Virus record (IMG/VR): IMGVR_UViG_3300042526_000572
Span: 1-58,135 of that record
DNA from: a virus
Taxonomy: Duplodnaviria; Caudoviricetes
Strand: one strand, 5' to 3'
Length of the DNA: 58,135 nt
Shown: piece after piece, positions 1-6,672 of the stretch
Numbering within the stretch: position 1 is the first letter of the stretch
How the letters are laid out: each line of letters starts with the position of its first letter
The notes under the pieces: model-generated
What the model saw: the letters and a program-made list of their open reading frames with translations, nothing else
Database searches by the model: none
Told to the model about the DNA's origin: nothing
Position numbers and translations under genes: made by a program

Positions 1-396
1 GTAACGTATTCAATAGACAAAGAATCTCTAGGTATGGATTTTACAAACGTAGGCGCACCAAATAATAATGTAGATACTTACTTTGTTGCTACAGGAACAA
101 TACCTAATAGTTGGGGAGATGAAGAAGGAACAGACTATAATACTCTTTCATATGACATAGGAGCACCAGTAGTGACAGTGTTACAAAATACTATTGGGCA
201 TATTTGGTGGGGTACTAATTCTGCTCTCAAATTAAATTATATTAACTCTGATAATTTATTCACACAAGATAAAACTTTTGTAACCTTAATACCAACTACT
301 AACAATAATAATACTAGCCTTATACAATTTATTAGAGCATCTAATAGATTAGCAGGTAATACTGTTAGTCCAATCGAAATAAGAATTTATAATTAA
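1..396 (+). CDS. C-terminal fragment of a probable tail fibre/structural protein (5' end outside window)
   Basis: Frame is open from base 1 (VTYSIDKESLG-MDF...). Asn/Thr-rich, beta-prone sequence ending ...PIEIRIYN. Confidence 0.5.
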   Translation, partial: VTYSIDKESLGMDFTNVGAPNNNVDTYFVATGTIPNSWGDEEGTDYNTLSYDIGAPVVTVLQNTIGHIWWGTNSALKLNYINSDNLFTQDKTFVTLIPTTNNNNTSLIQFIRASNRLAGNTVSPIEIRIYN

Positions 397-406
397 AATA
401 ATCAAT

Positions 407-769
407 ATGAAAACACTAGTAGAAAAGTCAATCAAGATTACAGGAGTACCGAAGTTAAATACTAAAACAGTATTTAATCTAAATCAAATTCCAACTTTAT
501 TAGAAGATGCTACTGAAGAACAGAAAAGAAATGTTAGGGAAAAAGAACTTGAAAACAAGAAAATTCTTAGTGATGGAAGTTTTATTTCTTTAACTAAAAT
601 CAAAGGTCGTAGATTGGTAATAGAGTTTGAATCTGAAGAAAATGGTGTAATAATAAAAGATAAGATATTGCTTTATATTCCAACAACTGAATCTGAAGAA
701 GAGATTAAAACCTTTATTGTAAGTGAGATTTCTGAGATTTTAAATCCAACAGAAGTTCCGCAACCTTAA
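407..769 (+). CDS. hypothetical protein (possible fibre chaperone)
   Basis: 120-aa Glu/Lys-rich ORF with A-rich leader, directly after the fibre fragment. Confidence 0.5.
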   Translation: MKTLVEKSIKITGVPKLNTKTVFNLNQIPTLLEDATEEQKRNVREKELENKKILSDGSFISLTKIKGRRLVIEFESEENGVIIKDKILLYIPTTESEEEIKTFIVSEISEILNPTEVPQP

Positions 770-780
770 AGTATAAAACC

Positions 781-788
781 TATTTTTG
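781..788 (+). promoter_or_regulatory. Bacteroidota sigma-A -7 element (TATTTTTG) upstream of the lysis cassette
   Basis: Matches TAnnTTTG; intergenic, about 25 nt upstream of the ATG at 814. Confidence 0.5.
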
Positions 789-813
789 TAACAAGAAAAT
801 AAACCCTAAACCT

Positions 814-1074
814 ATGCTCCTACAAATCCAAGAAGTTATCGAAACTGCTACATCGGTTAGTTTAATGACTCCTATGGCAATTATGACATTGGTAGCAATT
901 GGTGGAATATACATTGCAAATGTTCTTAGGAAAGAAAACAAAACACTTCAAGAATCAATACTATCAAAATCTGAAGCAAATACTGTTAAGATGGTTGAGG
1001 TAGCGATTGAATCTAAAATAGCTTTTGAAAAAATTTCAGAACAATTAGATAAGCTTAAATGCCACGGAAAATGA
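814..1074 (+). CDS. putative holin/membrane lysis protein
   Basis: One hydrophobic segment (LMTPMAIMTLVAIGGIYIANVL) then a charged coiled-coil tail; lies upstream of the endolysin. Confidence 0.55.
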   Translation: MLLQIQEVIETATSVSLMTPMAIMTLVAIGGIYIANVLRKENKTLQESILSKSEANTVKMVEVAIESKIAFEKISEQLDKLKCHGK

Positions 1075-1325
1075 GGTTAGCAACACGAAGAGCAATAGAC
1101 GATACAAGCTGTATAGATGCACTTGACGACCTATTATGCTCAATAAGAAAGGTAAGTCGGCCTGAACAACTCCAAGAAGAAAAGCTTGTTGAGTATAATT
1201 CAAACAGACAGGAAATAGAAAAAGCATATCAAGTATCTATGTTTTACCTTCCGAAGATGACAACAGCAAGAATGGTGGTAGACCTTGCTACATTAGGAGT
1301 ATTTACTTCATACCTTTACAAATAA
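1071..1325 (+). CDS. hypothetical protein in lysis cassette
   Basis: ATG at 1071 overlaps the upstream TGA (ATGA coupling); weakly hydrophobic C-terminus. Confidence 0.5.
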   Translation: MRLATRRAIDDTSCIDALDDLLCSIRKVSRPEQLQEEKLVEYNSNRQEIEKAYQVSMFYLPKMTTARMVVDLATLGVFTSYLYK

Positions 1326-1438
1326 TGAAAAAGCAAGTAACAGGTGGAAACCACCAAGTAAGGGTTAAAAGAAAACTTCGGAGACACAGAAAGTACCGGG
1401 GCAAAGGATTTAAATCATACAGAGGACAAGGCCGATGA
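1325..1438 (+). CDS. 37-aa highly basic peptide MKKQVTGGNHQVRVKRKLRRHRKYRGKGFKSYRGQGR (not in the ORF track)
   Basis: Translated by hand. TAATG overlap with the upstream stop and ATGA overlap with the endolysin start; fills the gap exactly. Confidence 0.7.
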   Translation: MKKQVTGGNHQVRVKRKLRRHRKYRGKGFKSYRGQGR

Positions 1439-1878
1439 GTAAACCTAAGTACTTTGCAATAGCAGAACTCGCAGACCCTAAAATCATCTCTAGAATTGGA
1501 GAAGAAGAAACCTGGGGATTGCTAGACCCTAAACTCTTCCCAGCACTTGATTGGTTGAGAGAAAAGTTTGGACCACTCCTTATTAATGGAAAAGGATATT
1601 CTGAGTCAGGTCTTAGAGACCCTAACACTTCAACAGGCAGCCCTAAGTCAGCTCATAAAAAGGGGCAAGCCTATGACATCAAACCTCTCACAAAAGGTGT
1701 AACTGTCCAAGAAATGTATTCCTTTGTTCTGGCTAATAAGGAAGAGTCATTAAAGCATGGTATCACTGAAGTAGAAGACATCAGAGATACAACCACTTCA
1801 AATATCTACGGAGGATGGTTACACATAAGTTGCAGACCACATTCAATACCAAATACAATCAGAGTAATCAGACCTTAA
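1435..1878 (+). CDS. endolysin, peptidase M15 family (Zn peptidoglycan peptidase)
   Basis: SGLR...SAHKKGQAYD...WLHIS fits the M15 R, SxHxxGxAxD and WxH pattern. Confidence 0.85.
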   Translation: MSKPKYFAIAELADPKIISRIGEEETWGLLDPKLFPALDWLREKFGPLLINGKGYSESGLRDPNTSTGSPKSAHKKGQAYDIKPLTKGVTVQEMYSFVLANKEESLKHGITEVEDIRDTTTSNIYGGWLHISCRPHSIPNTIRVIRP

Positions 1879-1883
1879 TTCAA

Positions 1884-2645
1884 ATGTTCACTTCAATCAT
1901 TGCATCCATTACTTCATCATTACCATTCATCAAAGAGAATTATAAGCAGATTATTTTCGGACTACTATTCATTTGGGTTGTAATATGCTCTTTAACACAC
2001 TGTAGACACATCTCTTCGTGGGATGATCATAGTACAACTACAGTTCAAGTAGATACCTTTTACGTTTATCCTGACACAAACGCTATCTTTGCACTGCACG
2101 GATTTGATACTCTCCCAAAATATGTACAGCAACTTCAATCCCGAACCAGATTTCAACCCAAGACTCCTGACTTTGCTGGCAATGGTGGTTGCCGCGACTC
2201 TCTTGCTACTCTGTGGGCTGTTTGCAATGAAATAACTCAAATGACTCTCCTATGTGATTCCATGTATGGAGATGCAGTTGCAATACGTTCCTATTCAGAT
2301 TCACTAAGAAATGATTCCATTGTTATGTACGCAGCGTTTGATGTAAGTGGTAGATTGATTGGAGAACCTAAATTTGAATACAAGTACTTAGCCCCAAGAG
2401 AAGTCATTAGAGAAGTCCACACAGTAAACCACGCAGCAAAAGTTTACAGAAAACTCTATGCTGAATTAGCTATTGGTCCAAGATTACTTTGGAAACAAAA
2501 TGAACTTACAACCGCAGTAGCAACTATTGGAGTTGGATTTACCAGTAAAGAAGATTGGTCATACGGAATTGTAGCAGATTTCTCTGATACAGACTACGCT
2601 GTAAAGTTCGCTATAAGAAAAAGCGTAAGCATAGGTTCAAGGTAA
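1884..2645 (+). CDS. membrane-anchored lysis accessory protein (spanin-like)
   Basis: N-terminal TM (IIFGLLFIWVVICSL) and C-terminal amphipathic beta strands; follows the endolysin. Start 1884 preferred to 1815. Confidence 0.45.
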   Translation: MFTSIIASITSSLPFIKENYKQIIFGLLFIWVVICSLTHCRHISSWDDHSTTTVQVDTFYVYPDTNAIFALHGFDTLPKYVQQLQSRTRFQPKTPDFAGNGGCRDSLATLWAVCNEITQMTLLCDSMYGDAVAIRSYSDSLRNDSIVMYAAFDVSGRLIGEPKFEYKYLAPREVIREVHTVNHAAKVYRKLYAELAIGPRLLWKQNELTTAVATIGVGFTSKEDWSYGIVADFSDTDYAVKFAIRKSVSIGSR

Positions 2646-2694
2646 ACAATTTTTGTCTACTATTGCATAATTATAACCTGTCACAATTCTTTGC

Positions 2695-3714
2695 ATGGGT
2701 GTTCCAACTATAATAGGTACAGTTACGCTAGAAATGTTGGAGAAGTTTCCCAACTTACCAAGCCAAACACTTGCAAAGAAACTGTTTGCTGACTGCCCTG
2801 AAATCTATAATACTATTGATAGTGCAAGATGTGTTGTTCGATACTATCGAGGTCAGATAGGTAAAAACAATAGAAAAAATATACGCATGGAAGAAAAACC
2901 ACAAGCAGGAAGTTTTGCAAATGCAATGGGAATACCCAATCCTTTTTACTTGCCTGATTCAGATGAAGTAGAATGGGAACCGTACATTATCCCACCAGCA
3001 GTAACAAGACTCTTAATTCTATCTGACATACATATTCCTTATCACAATGTCAATGCTTTAACTCTAGCCATTCAATATGGGAAAGACAAGAAAGCAAATG
3101 GTATTATGCTTAACGGGGATATACTTGACTTTTATGGATTGTCTTCATTTGAGAAAGACCCAAGGAAAAGAAGATTCTCTTCAGAACTTGAAATGGGTCG
3201 ACAGTTTCTACAGACAATTAGAAAAGAGTTTGACGGTGTACCAATATATTACAAATTAGGTAACCATGAGGAAAGGTACGAGCGTTACCTAAGAATTAAA
3301 GCTCCTGAGTTGTTAGATGTTGCAGAGTTTAGAATGGATGTCCTATTAAAGTTTGGAGAAATAGGTGTACAACTTATAGATGATAAACGCATCATAAAGT
3401 TTGGTAAGCTAAACATTATGCACGGTCACGAGTTTGGTAATTCAGTATTTTCCCCAGTAAATCCTGCAAGAGGTTTATACATGAGAGGAAAAGAAAACTG
3501 TATTGCAGGACATAATCACCAAACAAGTAGTCACGTTGAACCTACTATGAATGGGCATGTAATAAATACATGGTCAACAGGTTGCCTTTGTGAGCTTCAC
3601 CCGTCCTATCTCCCCATAAATCGTTGGAACTTAGGATTTGCCTATGCTGAACGTGAATTGAATGATGAATTTACAGTGCATAATCACACTATTGTAAACG
3701 GAAAAGTCCGGTAA
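2695..3714 (+). CDS. calcineurin-like metallophosphoesterase
   Basis: Motifs SDIH, NGDILD, GNHE, HGH and GHNH in the expected order. Confidence 0.9.
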   Translation: MGVPTIIGTVTLEMLEKFPNLPSQTLAKKLFADCPEIYNTIDSARCVVRYYRGQIGKNNRKNIRMEEKPQAGSFANAMGIPNPFYLPDSDEVEWEPYIIPPAVTRLLILSDIHIPYHNVNALTLAIQYGKDKKANGIMLNGDILDFYGLSSFEKDPRKRRFSSELEMGRQFLQTIRKEFDGVPIYYKLGNHEERYERYLRIKAPELLDVAEFRMDVLLKFGEIGVQLIDDKRIIKFGKLNIMHGHEFGNSVFSPVNPARGLYMRGKENCIAGHNHQTSSHVEPTMNGHVINTWSTGCLCELHPSYLPINRWNLGFAYAERELNDEFTVHNHTIVNGKVR

Positions 3715-3716
3715 GT

Positions 3717-3896
3717 ATGACAAAACAAGAAGCCACACTTTTTGCGAAAGATATGTATCAGTCATTCAATACTATGGACAGAAATTCTTGGCGTGAAAAC
3801 GTACGGAATGAAGCCAGGAAAAAGGGGGAAGATGAGGGATGGGTATTTGCAGCAACTACTTGGTTGGAACAAATGTTTTCTATCTACAGAAAATGA
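3717..3896 (+). CDS. 59-aa hypothetical protein MTKQEATLFAKDMYQ...LEQMFSIYRK (not in the ORF track)
   Basis: Translated by hand. Starts 2 nt after the phosphoesterase stop and overlaps the next gene by ATGA. Confidence 0.65.
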   Translation: MTKQEATLFAKDMYQSFNTMDRNSWRENVRNEARKKGEDEGWVFAATTWLEQMFSIYRK

Positions 3897-4108
3897 GTTT
3901 ACGTTATGAACAAGAGGCATCTTTGTTGATGACTCGTGAGTTTCTATTGGACTTACTGAATACAACTACTAGACCAAAGACCGTAAAGGAATTGAAGGAA
4001 CGGGCGCGAAGGTGTCTAAGGCATTACCCACCATTGGATGTGGATGGCAGTCCTATCTTTTCAAAAGATACTTTCAACCGTCTGGAAAAATCGGACAGTT
4101 CAATTTGA
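3893..4108 (+). CDS. small conserved phage protein (BPSL0761-like)
   Basis: TREFLLDL...RARRCLRHYP pattern; start at 3893 inferred from ATGA coupling. Confidence 0.55.
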   Translation: MSLRYEQEASLLMTREFLLDLLNTTTRPKTVKELKERARRCLRHYPPLDVDGSPIFSKDTFNRLEKSDSSI

Positions 4109-4120
4109 ATGTTAAATCAT

Positions 4121-4242
4121 ACCTTAACGGGTATATCATTCTTGAATGTAGGGTATTTCATGCGTTTTTTGACCTTATCGGGTATAAATAAGTCAGTTTA
4201 TAGCCTGACTTATTTGGTTAGAAAGTCAGTTCATAGGCTTAC
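4121..4242. repeat. cluster of short direct and inverted repeats
   Basis: ACCTTAACGGGTATA (4121-4135) / ACCTTATCGGGTATA (4172-4186); perfect inverted repeat AAATAAGTCAG (4186-4196) / CTGACTTATTT (4205-4215); 17/20 direct repeat 4190-4209 / 4223-4242. Confidence 0.7.
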
Positions 4243-4248
4243 ATTCAC

Positions 4249-4256
4249 TATCTTTG
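4249..4256 (+). promoter_or_regulatory. Bacteroidota -7 promoter element TATCTTTG (ncRNA 1)
   Basis: Exact TAnnTTTG followed by CA; intergenic. Confidence 0.7.
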
Positions 4257-4260
4257 CATT

Positions 4261-4392
4261 AACAGTACCCGAACGCTTACCGTAGACCAGCGTACCAGTC
4301 ATGGGTCGTTTACCCAGCTAACGGATAGTATCCAATGGCCGACCCACTGCTTTAGGATTGGGATTTCCCAGTCGGCAGTGGGTTTCTTTTTT
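4261..4392 (+). ncRNA. putative structured small RNA 1 (~130 nt)
   Basis: GC-rich non-coding stretch between a promoter and a terminator (ACCCACTGC 4342-4350 / GCAGTGGGT 4375-4383 plus T-run); stems ACCC/GGGT and ACGCT/AGCGT. Confidence 0.6.
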
Positions 4393-4400
4393 TATCTTTG
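4393..4400 (+). promoter_or_regulatory. Bacteroidota -7 promoter element TATCTTTG (ncRNA 2)
   Basis: Exact TAnnTTTG immediately after the RNA 1 terminator. Confidence 0.65.
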
Positions 4401-4404
4401 TATC

Positions 4405-4497
4405 AATCAAACTTGACACGCCTCTGATTCAAGCGCACTTTGTCGGGTCTTTTCAGCCAGTCGTAAGGTTTGTGGTGACCCTTACGGCTGGCTTTGT
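4405..4497 (+). ncRNA. putative structured small RNA 2 (~90 nt), paralogous to RNA 1
   Basis: Stem ACTTGACA (4411-4418) / TGTCGGGT (4441-4448) with G-U pairs; 14-bp hairpin AGCCAGTCGTAAGG (4455-4468) / CCTTACGGCTGGCT (4480-4493) followed by TTGTT. Confidence 0.6.
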
Positions 4498-4688
4498 TAA
4501 TTCTTAAAACCACACTTGTTAATTCACAAAAAGTTAAACTCCATTAGCCTTCAACTACTTAACTGCTTTTTTGTTAAATGTTGAACATGAAGTTTTCAAG
4601 TGCACCAGTTAGGTAGTGCAGTACACTACCCCCTAAACAATTAATTTTATTTAAGGATTTTTTACATATCACAATTAGATATTGTATT

Positions 4689-4696
4689 TATCTTTG
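4689..4696 (+). promoter_or_regulatory. Bacteroidota -7 promoter element TATCTTTG for the groES-terminase operon
   Basis: Exact TAnnTTTG about 27 nt upstream of the ATG at 4724. Confidence 0.7.
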
Positions 4697-4723
4697 TACC
4701 CGAACTTAAATACAAAAATAGTT

Positions 4724-5026
4724 ATGGTACAAGCAATAGGAACATGGGTACTCCTTAAAGACCCTCGTGAGAAGAAAGCAAAATTGGATTTAATTGTGCC
4801 TTCTGCATACAAAGAAAGTCAAGCTGCACAAGAGTTAGAGACCATTTCTCATATACTTGAAGTAGTAAGCGTAGGTGATTTAGTTCGTGACCAAAATCTA
4901 AAGATAGCTAAAACAGTTATGATCGACACAAGAGCACAATTTACAGCTATTAATACTGTAAAAGATGGGGAGGAAGAGTTTGTAATTGTTCTTCAGGAGA
5001 ATCAAATAGTAGCTGTACTCAGTTAA
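4724..5026 (+). CDS. groES: co-chaperonin GroES/Cpn10-like protein
   Basis: QAIGTWVLLK...LIVP...EVVSVG...VIVLQENQIVAVL follows the Cpn10 pattern; ~100 aa from ATG 4724. Confidence 0.75.
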   Translation: MVQAIGTWVLLKDPREKKAKLDLIVPSAYKESQAAQELETISHILEVVSVGDLVRDQNLKIAKTVMIDTRAQFTAINTVKDGEEEFVIVLQENQIVAVLS

Positions 5027-5027
5027 G

Positions 5028-5261
5028 ATGAATGGCACTGTAACCATATCCCTTGTAGATTTCAAAACCTTAGAGGAAAAAGCAGCCTTGAGTGAAAAGG
5101 CCAATCTTTTACTCATAGAAGTAGCTGCAGATGTAGCTACAATCTTAGATGAGATGGAGAAAATAGGGGATATGGAGAAAGTGGCAAATAGGTATAACGA
5201 AAAGGGTAGGAATACTGTAATTAAATTGAAAGGTGACGGATGGAGACTAATCAAAAAGTGA
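5028..5261 (+). CDS. hypothetical protein
   Basis: 77-aa ORF tightly packed in the operon. Confidence 0.6.
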   Translation: MNGTVTISLVDFKTLEEKAALSEKANLLLIEVAADVATILDEMEKIGDMEKVANRYNEKGRNTVIKLKGDGWRLIKK

Positions 5262-5566
5262 TTATCAGAGTGAGGTTCGGCACTACTGTTGATCGCCTAA
5301 GGTTCTGGAATGGTCCTATAGGATTATCTAATAAAGAGTTAGAGGTCCTAGGGGCTATTCTAGATTCTAAAGGAGAGTTTCTTGGCACACACAATAGAAG
5401 ACAGGCAGCTGCACAACTTGGGGTATCTAAAGAGGTTCTAAATACGTACATACAAAGGCTTAAAACAAAAAAAGCAGTAATTTTGAAAGATGGAGTATAC
5501 AGACTCACGAACATTTTCGTTAACAACCCCCATGTGGAAGTCATCATGCATGGCAGATCCGAATGA
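5240..5566 (+). CDS. winged-helix/HTH DNA-binding protein
   Basis: LSNKELEVL...RRQAAAQLGVSKEVLNTYIQRLKTKKAV, MarR-like wHTH; start may be the GTG at 5258. Confidence 0.65.
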   Translation: METNQKVIIRVRFGTTVDRLRFWNGPIGLSNKELEVLGAILDSKGEFLGTHNRRQAAAQLGVSKEVLNTYIQRLKTKKAVILKDGVYRLTNIFVNNPHVEVIMHGRSE

Positions 5567-5678
5567 TATTCAAAGTAAAGAGCATGTATCTCAAGTATTT
5601 TGGGAAATGCGTTCTGGATTATCAATTTTAATTATGTATACACCAAAAGGTAAATTAGTAGTAGTAGAACATGGCTAA
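5550..5678 (+). CDS. small hypothetical protein (MADPNDIQ...)
   Basis: Bridges the HTH gene and the next gene with short overlaps; start 5550 preferred. Confidence 0.4.
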   Translation: MADPNDIQSKEHVSQVFWEMRSGLSILIMYTPKGKLVVVEHG

Positions 5679-5973
5679 GAAAACACTAGGAGAAATGGTT
5701 TGGGGGTTTGCAACAGAGCTTGCTACTCATGCAAAAGGAGGGTTTGCGCATGTAGACCCAGTAACTTACTCACGAAGAATATCTACTTGCATGGATTGCC
5801 CTTTATTTGCAATAGCTACTCCACATTGCACAAAGTGTGGGTGTAATATGGAGGTAAAAGCTAAATGGGCAACCTCACGGTGTCCGCTAAACCCCCCACT
5901 ATGGGACAGAGAAACCAAAGAAAATGATTCGAACCAAAACGGAGATAATCCAACTATTAGCGACCAAGTATAA
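5671..5973 (+). CDS. Cys-rich zinc-binding protein (DUF6171-like)
   Basis: RISTCMDC...CTKCGC...K...CP...W pattern. Confidence 0.6.
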   Translation: MAKKTLGEMVWGFATELATHAKGGFAHVDPVTYSRRISTCMDCPLFAIATPHCTKCGCNMEVKAKWATSRCPLNPPLWDRETKENDSNQNGDNPTISDQV

Positions 5974-6160
5974 TCTCTCTTTAAGAGAGATAACCAAAAT
6001 CGTAAACTCTCAATTTGCAGTTGTAGCTTTAACTATGAAAGCAAAAGAGTATGAATCTGTTCGTCTCCCTATGTTTGGGGTGTTCAAAGTACGTCCTGAG
6101 TCAATATACAATGCCAATTTGCACAAGCATAAAACTAAAGTTAGGAAACACAGATGCTAA
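5924..6160 (+). CDS. HU/IHF-like DNA-binding protein
   Basis: TKTEIIQLLA...VRLPMFGVFKV HU signature; such genes sit near the terminase in crAss-like phages. Confidence 0.75.
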   Translation: MIRTKTEIIQLLATKYNLSLREITKIVNSQFAVVALTMKAKEYESVRLPMFGVFKVRPESIYNANLHKHKTKVRKHRC

Positions 6161-6672
6161 GAGAACGCCTTTTACAATTAGATGGAGCTTATGAAGTAAC
6201 CCCATCACCTTATACCATGTCTATCCCAGCTTTTAAGGCTGTTGTAGATACTCATAAGGTAACTAAAGGCGCTAAAATCTTAGCTTACGTGTATTTTATG
6301 CGGGATCCAAGGTCTATCTACATGTCTTATGATGATTCTCAAAGACATGCAGAGGTTTCTAAAGTCCTATTCAAAGAGGAAGGATTCAAACCAGACAAAG
6401 TCACTAAAGATGCCCTTGAAGAGTACACAAAAACTGCTTCATCTGCAGCACTTTTACTTGAAGCTGCAATTGAGAGTATCAGTAAGATTAAAACATGGTT
6501 GAAGAACCTTGATGTAGAGTCTGAAGAGTATGATGCTGTAAAACACATGCGCATTCTTGGAGATATGGGGAAAACCATTAATGGTCTTAAGGATTTAGAG
6601 GAAGCAGTGCAAAAAGAGTCCCTTGTAAACGATACTTATGGGGGAATAACTGTAAGTAAGTATAATGAATAG
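6154..6672 (+). CDS. putative terminase small subunit
   Basis: Helical 172-aa protein overlapping the terL start; called on synteny. Confidence 0.5.
   Translation: MLRERLLQLDGAYEVTPSPYTMSIPAFKAVVDTHKVTKGAKILAYVYFMRDPRSIYMSYDDSQRHAEVSKVLFKEEGFKPDKVTKDALEEYTKTASSAALLLEAAIESISKIKTWLKNLDVESEEYDAVKHMRILGDMGKTINGLKDLEEAVQKESLVNDTYGGITVSKYNE

Noticed and set aside
4261-4497. tRNA genes or a SAM-II riboswitch (CTGATT...CAAGCGC)
   Set aside because: No cloverleaf or TTCRA T-loop. The SAM-II-like words lack the intervening pseudoknot strand, and no ORF follows.
4121-4500. CRISPR mini-array
   Set aside because: The repeats are short, imperfect, occur only in pairs and lack regular spacers; no cas genes are present.
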